A stretch of 64,000 bases of DNA from Longimicrobiales bacterium (GTDB lineage: Bacteria > Gemmatimonadota > Gemmatimonadetes > Longimicrobiales > Gaopeijiaceae). The stretch spans positions 832,001 through 896,000 of the forward strand of contig CBDFMQ010000002.1 of NCBI GenBank assembly GCA_965249725.1, given 5' to 3'. Positions 1-9,273 of this stretch are shown in pieces. The position numbers and the translations under genes were made by a program. The notes under the pieces are model-generated. The model saw only the letters and a list, made by a program, of their open reading frames with translations. It made no database searches and was not told the DNA's origin. Position 1 is the first letter of the stretch. Every line of letters starts with the position of its first letter.

Positions 1-14
1 AGGTTCGTCAACGG

Positions 15-740
15 ATGGTCCACTTTGGCGAGCAACTCAAGGCCCAGTTGCTTTCAGGAGCGGAGACCTTCGGGGCCGATCTTCTCCAGGCCGAGATAGA
101 TCGTTGCACAGGCGAAGCTGAGATCGACAGCCTGGCCGCGTGGGTTGAGTTGCTGATCCAGGGCAGGCGGGACTTTCACTTTCTTCACCGTAGCCTCCAG
201 AGAGAAGCGGTCGAAGATACCCGGTGCAACGGTTCAAGGCGGCTCCAAGAGGTTATGGCCAGCCCGCTTCACAGACTCTTCTACGATCCCGTTCCCCAAT
301 TCGGCGACGCAACGTTCACATGGTCTGCCGAGAACGGTCGCTCTTTGACTCTCCGCGTGCCTGTGGCCGTTGACATGGGTCTTGTCCATCTCGGCCGTCC
401 GTGGTGGAACTCGCTCCTGAAGGCATACCAGTCCGAGGACAGTGAGGCTAAGGATGTAAGCCTTGGAAAGCTCAGTAGCCTCCTATCCATAGATGTCCAT
501 TGGAAAGCCATTGGTTCACCGGACTTCACGACTGATTCGGATTCGAGGGAAATCCTGGCTGAGTATGCCGAGTATGTGGCGGCAGACTCAGATGAAGGGG
601 ACTCAAGCGCACCGGACCTCGACGAGATTCTTGCCAAGGCCGCGCTCACATCGCACGAACGGCTGGTGGTTGAGGAGGTTGTCCTCAAGAAAAGGAAGGC
701 CAAGGATGTCGCGGCGAGGTTGAACGTTAGCCCAGGGCGG
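15..740 (+). pseudogene. Protein with C-terminal sigma-70 region-4-like HTH, truncated at an apparent deletion junction (true start may lie upstream of the window)
   Basis: LTSHERLVVEEVVLKKRKAKDVAARLNVSPGR resembles a region-4 HTH and breaks off mid recognition helix. The rest of ORF 15..869 is off-frame read-through of the next gene. Confidence 0.5.
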
Positions 741-1417
741 GCGTCACCATCGGCCAGGGTCAGCTTCTCAAGTCCTATCGAGCAATCGCGAACGACAATG
801 AGTGGAGAGAAAACCGAGCCCTCAAGGGGTGGTCAACCTCACGGGTCAAACGAATGCTCGACTGGCTGAGTAAGAACGAGATGGTGTCCTTACAGGTGAC
901 GGAAGTGGGAACACTAATCACCGTCCCGAGTTTCGCGGATTATCAGGACTCTGAGGCGTACCGGATTGAACCTGGAACGGGACTCGGAACGCACTCGGAA
1001 CAACAGCGGAACAATAGAAAGAAAGAGAAGAAGGGGAATACTACTAAATCGTCGGCTTTCTCCGACGAGGTCGTCGGCGTCTTCGACTACTGGCAAGAGC
1101 GAAGGTCCCAGCTTCCCCACACCCGCCCAGCCAAACTCACCGATGAGCGACTGTCCAAGGTCAAAGCTCGGCTAGACGAGGGCCGCACACCGGAAGAACT
1201 CCGACGGGCCGTCGATGGCTGTCTCGGTAACGAGTACAACGTCCAAAGGGGCTACTACGACCTGGAGCTTATCTGCCGCGATGATCGGCATGTCTCCCAA
1301 TACCTGGCGTGGGGCAGTGGGTTGACCGGGGGGGACGCACCGTTCCCGAAGGTGGACCCAAGGAAGGCAGCCTATCTAAGACGGCTGAGGGACCAGTCCG
1401 AGGAGCTTCCAGAATGA
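740..1417 (+). pseudogene. Phage replication initiator / replisome organiser, N-terminally truncated
   Basis: The frame of ORF 854..1417 extends upstream as GVTIGQGQLLKSYRAIANDNEWRENRALKGWSTSRVKRMLDWL but has no start after TAG at 728-730. C-terminus (VFDYWQE...LTDERLSKVKARLDEG...DLELICR) resembles phage initiators. ATGA overlap with the helicase. Confidence 0.65.
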
Positions 1418-2328
1418 GCGGACTGGTCACAGTTGATGTCGTCAGTCGCGTATGGGCGGCCGAGCAGCAAGAGTTGGCCGAAATGGGCAAGCGCCACGGC
1501 GAGGACTACGTCCTCACCACGTGTGTGCCGTCTCTGGGCGACTGGGTGTATCAAGTGACACCGGGCGCGATCCCGCTGGGCAAGCTCGCGGTTGTCGGGG
1601 GAAGGACCGGAAACAACAAGACGCGATTGCTCTGGAACCTCGCAGCCGACTTCATCCAACAGGCGGTCAATGTTGGCTTCTTGAGCCTTGAGATCGACGC
1701 GGCGGAGGCAACACCGGCCATCTGGTCGATCCTCACCAACGTGCCAACAAAGCACATCTCTCTGGGTCGCTCCTTCGATTCCCAAGAAGTGAAACGGGTC
1801 CGTGAAACGATCGAGCGGGAGACACGGGCGGGATCGTGGGGGCGACTGCTGACCAACCAGAAGTCCGCTCCTCTTACCACCCTCGACGACGCTCTCGGCT
1901 GGATGGCGACCATGAACTCGACGGCCGGAGTCAGCGTCTTCCTGATCGACTACTTCCAACTTCTGAGTCCCGAGAGCGATACACGCCACTTCGGTGCCCT
2001 CAAGGATGCGGTACATCGGATCGTGAGCTTCATCGAGGCCACGGGCTCCCTAGTAATCGTGGCGAGCCAGTTCAATCGCCAAAGCTCCGCACCCAAGCTC
2101 CGCCCGACCATCGAGAGTCTCGACAGTTGTCCATTGCTATCCAAACAAGCCCACTTCGGGTGGCTGCTTGATCACACTAGGCGTCAGGACGACGGGCACA
2201 TTACTCGGACGTGGTTGCTGGTGGACAAGAATCGACACGGTCGCAGTGGAGACATCCCGATCGAGATCGACTATCGCACGCACCGCATCCGACAGGGTCT
2301 ACCGGACGAGGAGGAGTCCTGGCCATGA
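1414..2328 (+). CDS. DnaB-like replicative helicase, C-terminal RecA-fold domain only
   Basis: Walker A-like GGRTGNNKT, FLSLE, Walker B VFLIDYFQLL, VASQFNR and VDKNRHG motifs. ATG 1414 overlaps the upstream stop. Confidence 0.85.
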   Translation: MSGLVTVDVVSRVWAAEQQELAEMGKRHGEDYVLTTCVPSLGDWVYQVTPGAIPLGKLAVVGGRTGNNKTRLLWNLAADFIQQAVNVGFLSLEIDAAEATPAIWSILTNVPTKHISLGRSFDSQEVKRVRETIERETRAGSWGRLLTNQKSAPLTTLDDALGWMATMNSTAGVSVFLIDYFQLLSPESDTRHFGALKDAVHRIVSFIEATGSLVIVASQFNRQSSAPKLRPTIESLDSCPLLSKQAHFGWLLDHTRRQDDGHITRTWLLVDKNRHGRSGDIPIEIDYRTHRIRQGLPDEEESWP

Positions 2329-2741
2329 CGGTCTTTGGGGATAAGGGCGAACTGGAGCTTGAACTACTGGCCATCGCCCTTCTGGACCGGGACTGCGCTC
2401 GGCTCGTGTGCGGGATCTGTGATCTCGCGTCCTGGGATAATTACATCGCCTTCGCAGCCATCGAACAGATCGCGAAGCACGGAAGCATCCTCGATGAGCA
2501 CCTAGCCGAGTCTCTCTATGTGCGGATGGCGCCAGACCGGAGTCTCGCCTCAATAACCTCCGAGCAAGTGGACCAACTCTGCTGGACTCACAACGCCATC
2601 AGGATGGCAGAGCAGTTCTGCACAGTCATGCAGGTCACCAGACGAAAAGGGTACACGGACATCCGAGCGACCCTGGTGACCATCCTCAAGGCGAACCTGG
2701 AGACACTCAAACAGGATACCGACAGTGGAGAGGCCGACTGA
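2325..2741 (+). CDS. Hypothetical protein, weak resemblance to the DnaB N-terminal domain
   Basis: ATGA overlap with the helicase; pattern ELELLAIALLDRD...FAAIEQIAKHGSILD. Confidence 0.5.
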   Translation: MTVFGDKGELELELLAIALLDRDCARLVCGICDLASWDNYIAFAAIEQIAKHGSILDEHLAESLYVRMAPDRSLASITSEQVDQLCWTHNAIRMAEQFCTVMQVTRRKGYTDIRATLVTILKANLETLKQDTDSGEAD

Positions 2742-2778
2742 TCGGCCGAATCGATACTCACCGGCATGGAGACTTGAA

Positions 2779-3024
2779 ATGAGACAGGAGCACTTCGTCG
2801 TGACAGTCGCGGGCACCGTTGTCGTCGACACGAAGGTAGCCGTCATGGCGAAGTCGAGTGAGGAGGCCGGTAGGATTGCCGTGGAGGGGGTCGAATGTGA
2901 TTTGGAGAAGTGGCTGCACTCGTCAGACTTCTATGAAGCCCCGACCGTGGTCGATGTCAGTGAGGGGACATGGGATGATCTACAGTGCGCTGACCAGCAG
3001 CATCTGCTTGGTCCGCAGCAATGA
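2779..3024 (+). CDS. Small hypothetical protein of the element
   Basis: Co-oriented ORF starting MRQEHFVVTV, preceded by GGAG. Confidence 0.5.
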   Translation: MRQEHFVVTVAGTVVVDTKVAVMAKSSEEAGRIAVEGVECDLEKWLHSSDFYEAPTVVDVSEGTWDDLQCADQQHLLGPQQ

Positions 3025-3177
3025 GGATGACAGTCGCACGGCGTAGGACCCGCTGATAGTGGACAATGAGTCGTAGCAGGGGAGCACGGCAGCAAGGCAC
3101 TGAAGGGGAGTTGGTATCGTGCACATCCACCGACACCACAAGCTTACCGTGGCCGCATACTCGGGCCAGCGCATCCG

Positions 3178-3468
3178 ATGAGGCTCTCGGATAGGCTCAG
3201 GCGCATGATTGACGGCATCCCCACGGGTGCCATGATTGCATTGCCTGTAGACACCGTGCGGGAGTGGCTCAAGGAGAATGGAAGCGGGCTCGATCCTGAC
3301 CTCACCGTCGAGGAAGTGGCGACTTCCTTCAATCGCTCGCCAGTGACGGTGCGCGGATGGATTCGCGACGGACAGATACGCGCCTATCGGTTGGGCCGGG
3401 AATACCGGATCACGGAATCTGCGGTGGAGGAGTTTCAACAGCAGCAGAGGAGCACAGAGAGGGAGTAG
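3178..3468 (+). CDS. Excisionase-like helix-turn-helix DNA-binding protein
   Basis: LTVEEVATSFNRSPVTVRGWIRDGQIRAYRLGREYRITESAVEEF matches the Xis/HTH_17 pattern. Confidence 0.8.
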   Translation: MRLSDRLRRMIDGIPTGAMIALPVDTVREWLKENGSGLDPDLTVEEVATSFNRSPVTVRGWIRDGQIRAYRLGREYRITESAVEEFQQQQRSTERE

Positions 3469-3600
3469 CCCGCCCCGGTGCGAATCGCCAGTCCATCTAC
3501 GTACTCTCCATACCTGTGCTACGTATTGCTCCGTATCAAAGCAGCGCCGGGCCGGGGCCATCTTTCGTGCAGACAATCACACTGCAGAATGGGGTGCATC

Positions 3601-4014
3601 ATGAGACGCATCGTCGCCTTCTCGCTGTTGATCACGCTCCTTCCTTCTCTCACCGCGTGTGGGACCAAATATCTCGCTCCGCTCCCGCATCGGGATGCTG
3701 CTCTCGATTTTGGCAGCGAGCCCGTCGGTGGCGTCGTCTTGGTCACGGGCGATACGGTGACGTTCCTCAGAGACCCGCCAGCACGGCTAGTCAACGACAC
3801 GATTTACGCCCGGCTTTCGGGTTCTGACTATTACCGCGTTAGCCTCACAGATGTGGAGTCGATTCTCGTCATGAGATTCGACCTGGACGAGGAGAGTGAG
3901 ACCAATGAAGCCCTTGTCGTGGCCGCTGCTTTGGGAGGTGTGCTTGTCGCCCTGCTGGCAAGCGGCTTCCTCGATTATGACCTCCCGGACTTTGGGAAGC
4001 TGAATATCAACTGA
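3601..4014 (+). CDS. Hypothetical lipoprotein with C-terminal TM helix (cargo)
   Basis: Signal peptide MRRIVAFSLLITLLPSLTAC with lipobox; hydrophobic ALVVAAALGGVLVALLA. Confidence 0.6.
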   Translation: MRRIVAFSLLITLLPSLTACGTKYLAPLPHRDAALDFGSEPVGGVVLVTGDTVTFLRDPPARLVNDTIYARLSGSDYYRVSLTDVESILVMRFDLDEESETNEALVVAAALGGVLVALLASGFLDYDLPDFGKLNIN

Positions 4015-4120
4015 CCAGTAACAACCACAGTAACAGCGCACACGATTGCGGGTGATCGCCCACGAGCGTCTGACCCAGCAAACAAGCGCCCATGAGCGCG
4101 AGTGAGCGTCCATCCAGGTT

Positions 4121-4162
4121 CTTCTAATCCGTAGGTCGCAGGTTCGAGTCCTGCCGGGCGCG
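4121..4162 (+). repeat. att site: duplicated 3' half of tRNA-Arg(UCU)
   Basis: CTTCTAA anticodon loop, TCCGT, AGGTC, T-arm GCAGG-TTCGAGT-CCTGC, acceptor strand CGGGCGC+G. The 5' anticodon-stem strand and a canonical D-arm are absent. Confidence 0.8.
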
Positions 4163-4183
4163 TTAAGCAGGACAAGGGTTCTC

Positions 4184-4209
4184 GGCCTCCCGGGCATTCC
4201 CGGGGGGCC
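4184..4209 (+). terminator. GC-rich hairpin just downstream of the tRNA remnant
   Basis: GGCCTCCCGGG-CATT-CCCGGGGGGCC, one G:U pair, no clear U-tract. Confidence 0.45.
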
Positions 4210-4270
4210 GGTCCCGTGCGGGACCCGTTCATCAGAGGCGTTGGCGCATGACTCCTAACTCCGCGCCTCC

Positions 4271-4308
4271 TTGCCGGCCTGGGACGTGACACGCATAATC
4301 GATTACGC
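4271..4308 (+). promoter_or_regulatory. Putative sigma-70 promoter of the frd operon with overlapping palindrome
   Basis: TTGCCG (4271-4276)-N17-CATAAT (4294-4299); imperfect palindrome GCATAATCGATTACGC at 4293-4308. Confidence 0.5.
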
Positions 4309-4373
4309 GACGGCCCTTGGGCCATGAGGCCCTCCGCCTGCTTCGGCCGCCGCGTCAGGAGGAGGGTTAATCT

Positions 4374-4601
4374 ATGCCCACGGCGACCACGCGATTCACG
4401 AATGAGAAGGCCCCTTGCGGTCAGGTCGGAGACGGAGAGCGCTTTCGTGATTGGGACGACGAGTGCGTGCTCAGAGACGACTTGTTCTTCGACTGCGGCT
4501 GCCGGATTATCCGCCACGAGTATCACGACGGAAGCGTTTCCCGCAGTGTGGTCCGCCACTACGGTACAGTCCTGGAAGACGAGCTTATTGGCGCGCAATA
4601 A
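4374..4601 (+). CDS. Small Cys/His-containing hypothetical protein leading the frd operon
   Basis: Strong RBS (AGGAGG) before ATG; 75 aa; ends 21 bp before frdA. Confidence 0.65.
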   Translation: MPTATTRFTNEKAPCGQVGDGERFRDWDDECVLRDDLFFDCGCRIIRHEYHDGSVSRSVVRHYGTVLEDELIGAQ

Positions 4602-4622
4602 GGCTCGATTCCGGGTCGCGTC

Positions 4623-6362
4623 GTGATCGCCTCTCATGACGTAGTACTGGTGGGGGGCGGCGGAGCGGGATTGCGAGCGGCCATCGCCATCGCGGAAACC
4701 AACTCAAACCTCAGCATCGCCGTCGTCTCCAAGGTTTATCCCATGCGCAGCCACACGGTGTCGGCGGAGGGGGGAGCTGCGGGGGTAGTGGCCGCGGACG
4801 ACTCCCTCGACGAGCACGCCTACGACACCATCTCCGGTGGCGATTGGATGTGCGACCAAGACGCCGTCGACGCGTTCGTGAGAGAGGCGCCCGACGAGCT
4901 GCTCCGGTTGGAGCACTGGGGCTGTCCCTGGAGCCGCACGCCCGAGGGCACAGTTGCCGTGCGTCCGTTCGGCGGCATGAAGAACAAACGAACGTGGTAC
5001 GCGGCCGACAAAACCGGCTTCCACATGCTCCACACGCTGTTCCAAACCTCACTCAAATACACGAACGTCGTACGCTACGACGAGTGGTTCGTGACGAAGC
5101 TCCTGGTCGATGATGGCCGGGTACAAGGCGTCGTGGCGCTGGAGCTGATGTCTGGAAGGGTCGAGCCGATTCTGGCCAAGGCCGTCATTCTGTGCACGGG
5201 CGGGTGCGGCCGCGTGTTTCCGTTCACCACCAACGCGAGCATCAAGACCGGCGACGGCATGGCGTTGGCCTACACGGCCGGCGCCCCGCTAAAGGACATG
5301 GAGTTCGTCCAGTATCACCCGACGGGCCTCCCGTTCACCGGCATCCTGATCACCGAGGCCTCGCGGGCCGAGGGAGGCTGGCTGCTCAACAAAGACGGCT
5401 ACCGCTACCTGCAGGACTACGACCTGGGCACACCGGAGCCGAAGCCGGTTCTAAAAAGCATGGAGTTGGGACCTCGGGACCGTCTGTCCCAGGCCTTCGT
5501 CAAAGAGGTGGAGAAGGGGCGGGCCGTCGACGGCCCCTACGGCGCGGTGGTCCACCTCGACCTGCGGCATCTGGGTAAGAAGGTCATCGACACGAAGATC
5601 CCGTTCGTGCGGGAGCTGTGTCGGAAATACCAGAATATCGATCCGGTCACGGAGTTGATTCCGGTGCGGCCGGTCATCCATTACATGATGGGGGGGGTCC
5701 ACACCGACATCGAGGGTGCCACCCCTCTGGCCGGCCTGTACGCGGCCGGTGAGGTTGCGTGCGTGAACATCAACGGCGCAAACCGCCTGGGGTCCAACTC
5801 CCTGACGGAGCTGCTCGTGTTCGGCGCGCGCGCCGGCCGTGCAGCGGCGGAGTATGCGTCCACCCGGACGGATCCGAGCTCCATCCTTCTGGCGCAGGCA
5901 GAGGACGAAAAACGGCGTTTGGAGCGCGACTTCCTGCACAAGACGGATGGCACGGAACGCTCCGCGACGATTCGCGAGGAGATGCAGGAGACCATGGAGC
6001 AGGGTGCGGGCATCTATCGCTCGGGTGCGGGACTGACCCGGGCGGCCGACCGGCTGCGCGAGCTGCAGGAGCGCTTTCGTAACGTGGCCGTGCAGGATAA
6101 CAGCCGGACGTTCAACACGGAGCTGACCTCCGTCTTGGAGCTGTCCGCCATGCTCGACGTTGCCGAGTCGATGATCCACTCCGCGTTTTGGCGCGAGGAG
6201 TCCCGGGGCGCACACCAAAGGACCGACTTCACCGACCGTGACGACGAGCGCTTCCTGGCGCACTCGCTCACCTATCGTAATTCTGACGGCTCCTCGAGGG
6301 TCGAGTCCCTGCCGGTGACGATCACCCGGTGGCCCCCTGCTGAGCGAGTTTACGGGAGGTAG
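4623..6362 (+). CDS. frdA: Fumarate reductase flavoprotein subunit
   Basis: [13 protein letters not shown] fold, [38 protein letters not shown]. Confidence 0.95.
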   Translation: MIASHDVVLVGGGGAGLRAAIAIAETNSNLSIAVVSKVYPMRSHTVSAEGGAAGVVAADDSLDEHAYDTISGGDWMCDQDAVDAFVREAPDELLRLEHWGCPWSRTPEGTVAVRPFGGMKNKRTWYAADKTGFHMLHTLFQTSLKYTNVVRYDEWFVTKLLVDDGRVQGVVALELMSGRVEPILAKAVILCTGGCGRVFPFTTNASIKTGDGMALAYTAGAPLKDMEFVQYHPTGLPFTGILITEASRAEGGWLLNKDGYRYLQDYDLGTPEPKPVLKSMELGPRDRLSQAFVKEVEKGRAVDGPYGAVVHLDLRHLGKKVIDTKIPFVRELCRKYQNIDPVTELIPVRPVIHYMMGGVHTDIEGATPLAGLYAAGEVACVNINGANRLGSNSLTELLVFGARAGRAAAEYASTRTDPSSILLAQAEDEKRRLERDFLHKTDGTERSATIREEMQETMEQGAGIYRSGAGLTRAADRLRELQERFRNVAVQDNSRTFNTELTSVLELSAMLDVAESMIHSAFWREESRGAHQRTDFTDRDDERFLAHSLTYRNSDGSSRVESLPVTITRWPPAERVYGR

Positions 6363-6367
6363 TAGCT

Positions 6368-7111
6368 GTGGATGAGCGTATCACCATGCGGCTGGCGCGG
6401 TACCGGCCTGAAGAGGAAGTCGAGCCGACGTTCGAGGAATACGAGGTACCGTGCCACAAGGACTGGGTGGTGCTCGACGCTCTGAACTACATCAAGGACC
6501 AGCTGGACGGCACCGTGTCGTACCGTTGGTCGTGTCGCATGGGCATCTGCGGTAGTTGCGGCATGACCGTCAACGGAGAGCCGAAGCTCACGTGCGAGAC
6601 GTTCCTCACCGACTACGCGCCGGGCCCGGTGCGTCTCGAGCCGCTGCAGAATTTCCCCGTCGTCCGGGACCTCATCGTCGAGACGACGGACTTCATGGAA
6701 AAGCTGACGACGATCAAGCCCTGGATCGTGCGCGACGAGGAACGGCCTCTGGCCGAAGGAGAGTACAGGCAGACGCCGGACGAGCTGAGCGAGTACAAGC
6801 AATACAGCATGTGCATCAACTGCATGCTGTGCTACGCCGCCTGCCCCGTGTACGGCCTCGACCCCCATTTCCTCGGGCCGGCCGCGATTGCGCTGGCCCA
6901 GCGGTACAATCTCGACTCGCGCGATGAGGGATCCGCTGAGCGCATGGACCTTCTCTCCCAGCACGAGGGAATCTGGGGTTGCACCTTCGTGGGCGAGTGT
7001 ACGAAGGTCTGTCCGAAGAACGTCGACCCCGCCGGCGCCATTCAGCGCTACAAGCTGGATGCGGCACTGACCTCGCTCAAAGGTTTGCTCATGCCGTGGG
7101 GCACCAAATGA
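6368..7111 (+). CDS. frdB: Fumarate reductase iron-sulfur subunit
   Basis: [27 protein letters not shown] and [12 protein letters not shown] cluster motifs. Confidence 0.95.
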   Translation: MDERITMRLARYRPEEEVEPTFEEYEVPCHKDWVVLDALNYIKDQLDGTVSYRWSCRMGICGSCGMTVNGEPKLTCETFLTDYAPGPVRLEPLQNFPVVRDLIVETTDFMEKLTTIKPWIVRDEERPLAEGEYRQTPDELSEYKQYSMCINCMLCYAACPVYGLDPHFLGPAAIALAQRYNLDSRDEGSAERMDLLSQHEGIWGCTFVGECTKVCPKNVDPAGAIQRYKLDAALTSLKGLLMPWGTK

Positions 7112-7530
7112 GCGAACAACCGACGTACACGAACTACCACCCGCGCTGGTATCGTCCGCGGATTTCCACCTGGTGGTGGTTGAAGCGCTGGTCCTCGCTC
7201 GCGTTCATCCTGCGTGAGATGAGCAGCATCTTCGTGGCGTGGTTCGTCGTCTTCTTTCTGATGCTGGTCGCTGCGGTGGGGCGTGGCGACGCGGCCTACC
7301 AGGAGTTCACGCGTTGGGCCGCGCACCCGGGCGTTGTGGTCGGCAACCTCGTCAGCCTGTTCTTCGTCGTATTCCACGCCGTCACGTGGTTCAACCTGGC
7401 GCCCCGGGCGATGGTCGTGCGCATGCGAGGCAAGCGGGTGCCGGGCAAGTTGATCGCTGCCTCCAACTACGGGGCGTGGGTGGTGACGTCTCTCCTGGTG
7501 GCGTGGATCATCCTCGCCGGGTCGAGGTAG
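7108..7530 (+). CDS. frdC: Fumarate reductase membrane anchor subunit C
   Basis: WWW...FILREMSS and [10 protein letters not shown] motifs, 3 TM helices, ATGA overlap with frdB. Confidence 0.9.
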   Translation: MSEQPTYTNYHPRWYRPRISTWWWLKRWSSLAFILREMSSIFVAWFVVFFLMLVAAVGRGDAAYQEFTRWAAHPGVVVGNLVSLFFVVFHAVTWFNLAPRAMVVRMRGKRVPGKLIAASNYGAWVVTSLLVAWIILAGSR

Positions 7531-7532
7531 CG

Positions 7533-7886
7533 ATGGTCAGGCGAACGCTCGAGCCGATCTTGTGGATTCTCTTCAGCGCCGGTGGTGTGGTGGCCGCTTT
7601 GGTGATCCCGGTCCTGCTGTTCCTGTTCGGCCTCGCCTTCCCCCTCGGCTGGCTCTCGCCCCCCAGCCATGCCCACTTGCTTGCAGTGTTGGGTCACCCG
7701 ATTGGGCGTGCTACGATATTCGTCTCGTGCACGCTGTTATTGTTTCACTGGGCGCACCGCTTTCGCTACACATTGTACGACGGGTTGCAGACGAAGCACC
7801 TGAACGAGTTGATCGCCCTGCTGTGTTACGGGGGCGTGCTCGTCGGTACCGTTTCTGCAGGGTATCTCGTCCTTCAGCTTCCGTAG
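7533..7886 (+). CDS. frdD: Fumarate reductase membrane anchor subunit D
   Basis: EPILWILFSAGG and FHWAHRFRYTLYD motifs. Confidence 0.9.
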   Translation: MVRRTLEPILWILFSAGGVVAALVIPVLLFLFGLAFPLGWLSPPSHAHLLAVLGHPIGRATIFVSCTLLLFHWAHRFRYTLYDGLQTKHLNELIALLCYGGVLVGTVSAGYLVLQLP

Positions 7887-7920
7887 CCATGCCCGATCCC
7901 GGGACTGACCATGTGGGCCC

Positions 7921-8142
7921 GTGGGATCAGGGCTGCCGGGTATCGCCTTAGCAATTTGGACCGCGCCGATCCTCATTTCGTTTGTCGTCGGAGCCGTCAT
8001 CATCCAATCCCCCCTGCTCCTTCCCGTCATTTTGGCCCTCGGCGTTGGAGTCGCCCACACGATCTGGTCCGGTACGGCAAAGTTCTTTCGCCGTCGAACG
8101 GCGCGGCTCCGGGAGGAGATCGCGTTATTTCTGGACGACTGA
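7921..8142 (+). pseudogene. Probable C-terminal fragment of a membrane protein
   Basis: Two hydrophobic segments, no convincing start or RBS. Confidence 0.3.
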
Positions 8143-8257
8143 TCGGCCCACGGATGACCTCAGGCTATATGGCCACCTCCTTGTTTCGTGGCGGCGATTG
8201 CCAGTTGGCTACCGGCGTGGCCCCCGTCTAGGGCGCTTCGTCAAGACTGACGGTGCA

Positions 8258-9000
8258 CTATCGCTCCAGACGGGCGAAGAAGCCTCCCGACGCGAATTGG
8301 CCGTTCCGCACTCTGAAGACGAGGGAGTTGTCTCCTTTGCGCAGTCGGATCGGGCGCTTGCGTCCTTCACGGGCCGGATTCTTCCAGAAGTCGTGCCAGG
8401 CATTCCAGTCGGGGTGAAGGTAGCCATTCCTGTAGGTGTAGTCGGCGAACCGGCCGTTCAGCCATAGTGCCAACTCGTCCGTGGTGCTGATGTGGAGCAC
8501 AGCGGTGGTGTCCCGCTCCGCGTGGACGGTCGTTCGGAAGTAGGTCACTGAGCGTGGTCCCTTGAACTCGGTGATCCGCCCCGTGACGACGGCGCCACGT
8601 GCATCCACGGGGAACGGGCGCCACTCGTATTCGACTCCACCTTCTCGGACGGTGGACGGGAGGCCCTGCGCTCGCTCGACGGCTTGGACCGGGGCTCCCA
8701 ACGGACCCAGCGTCTCCCAACTCGTGAGCAGAGAGTCCGGCTCGTATCGAATGTCCGGGATGTTCAGACCCGCGTAACCCAGTCGATCGATAGAAGTTAC
8801 GCGAACGTTGTCGATCCAGACGGGCGCCCCGTCGACCCGGGGTTTGAACCCGACCAGACCAGATGAGCCCTCGAAGAGGTCGAACGTGACTTTCGGAGTA
8901 GACATGTCTCCCACGAATAAGTGGATCATGCTCCCCATGATCTCGGCCTTGAAGTGCTTCCATTCACCGATCCGGATCGCGTCCTCACCCGTTAGCGGGG
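8258..9000 (-). pseudogene. Probable 5'-truncated beta-sandwich (lectin/DUF1080-like) protein
   Basis: GEWKHFKAEI...VWIDNVRV and TYFRTTV...LWLNG...KGDNSLVFRV look globular; the upstream part of ORF 8258..9160 looks non-coding. Confidence 0.4.
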
Positions 9001-9273
9001 TCAGGAACTCCTCGGGGCTTAGCCCCGGGGTCGTTTCTAGTGGTCGGTGTGGATCGAACCTGAAGGTTCGAGCCGAGGCGCCATAGCGGTCTCCCGCGAT
9101 GCGGCCCAGATGACCTTCGCCGAGACGAGCGAGGATCGCCAACGGCGACCGCAGCTCCATCCTGCCGGGCGCTGGTGGCTTAGCTACGCGCAGAAAGCCG
9201 GTGTAGCTAGCAGTCCGCCACCCGGCCCCGTATCCTACCCCTCAGCCACCCCCGCACCTAAGGAGCACAGACC

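Larger units (their letters stand above)
1..4162. mobile_element. Distal part of an integrated phage/satellite-like element inserted in tRNA-Arg(UCU); left end outside the window
   Basis: Phage-type replication initiator, DnaB-like helicase and excisionase-like HTH on the + strand with ATGA overlaps, bounded by a tRNA 3'-half at 4121-4162. No integrase or capsid genes in the window. Confidence 0.75.

Noticed and set aside
4086..4162. Intact tRNA-Arg gene (GCGCCC at 4086 could pair with the acceptor strand)
   Set aside because: No canonical D-arm, and the 5' anticodon-stem strand (AGGTT) cannot pair with TCCGT. Treated as an att remnant.
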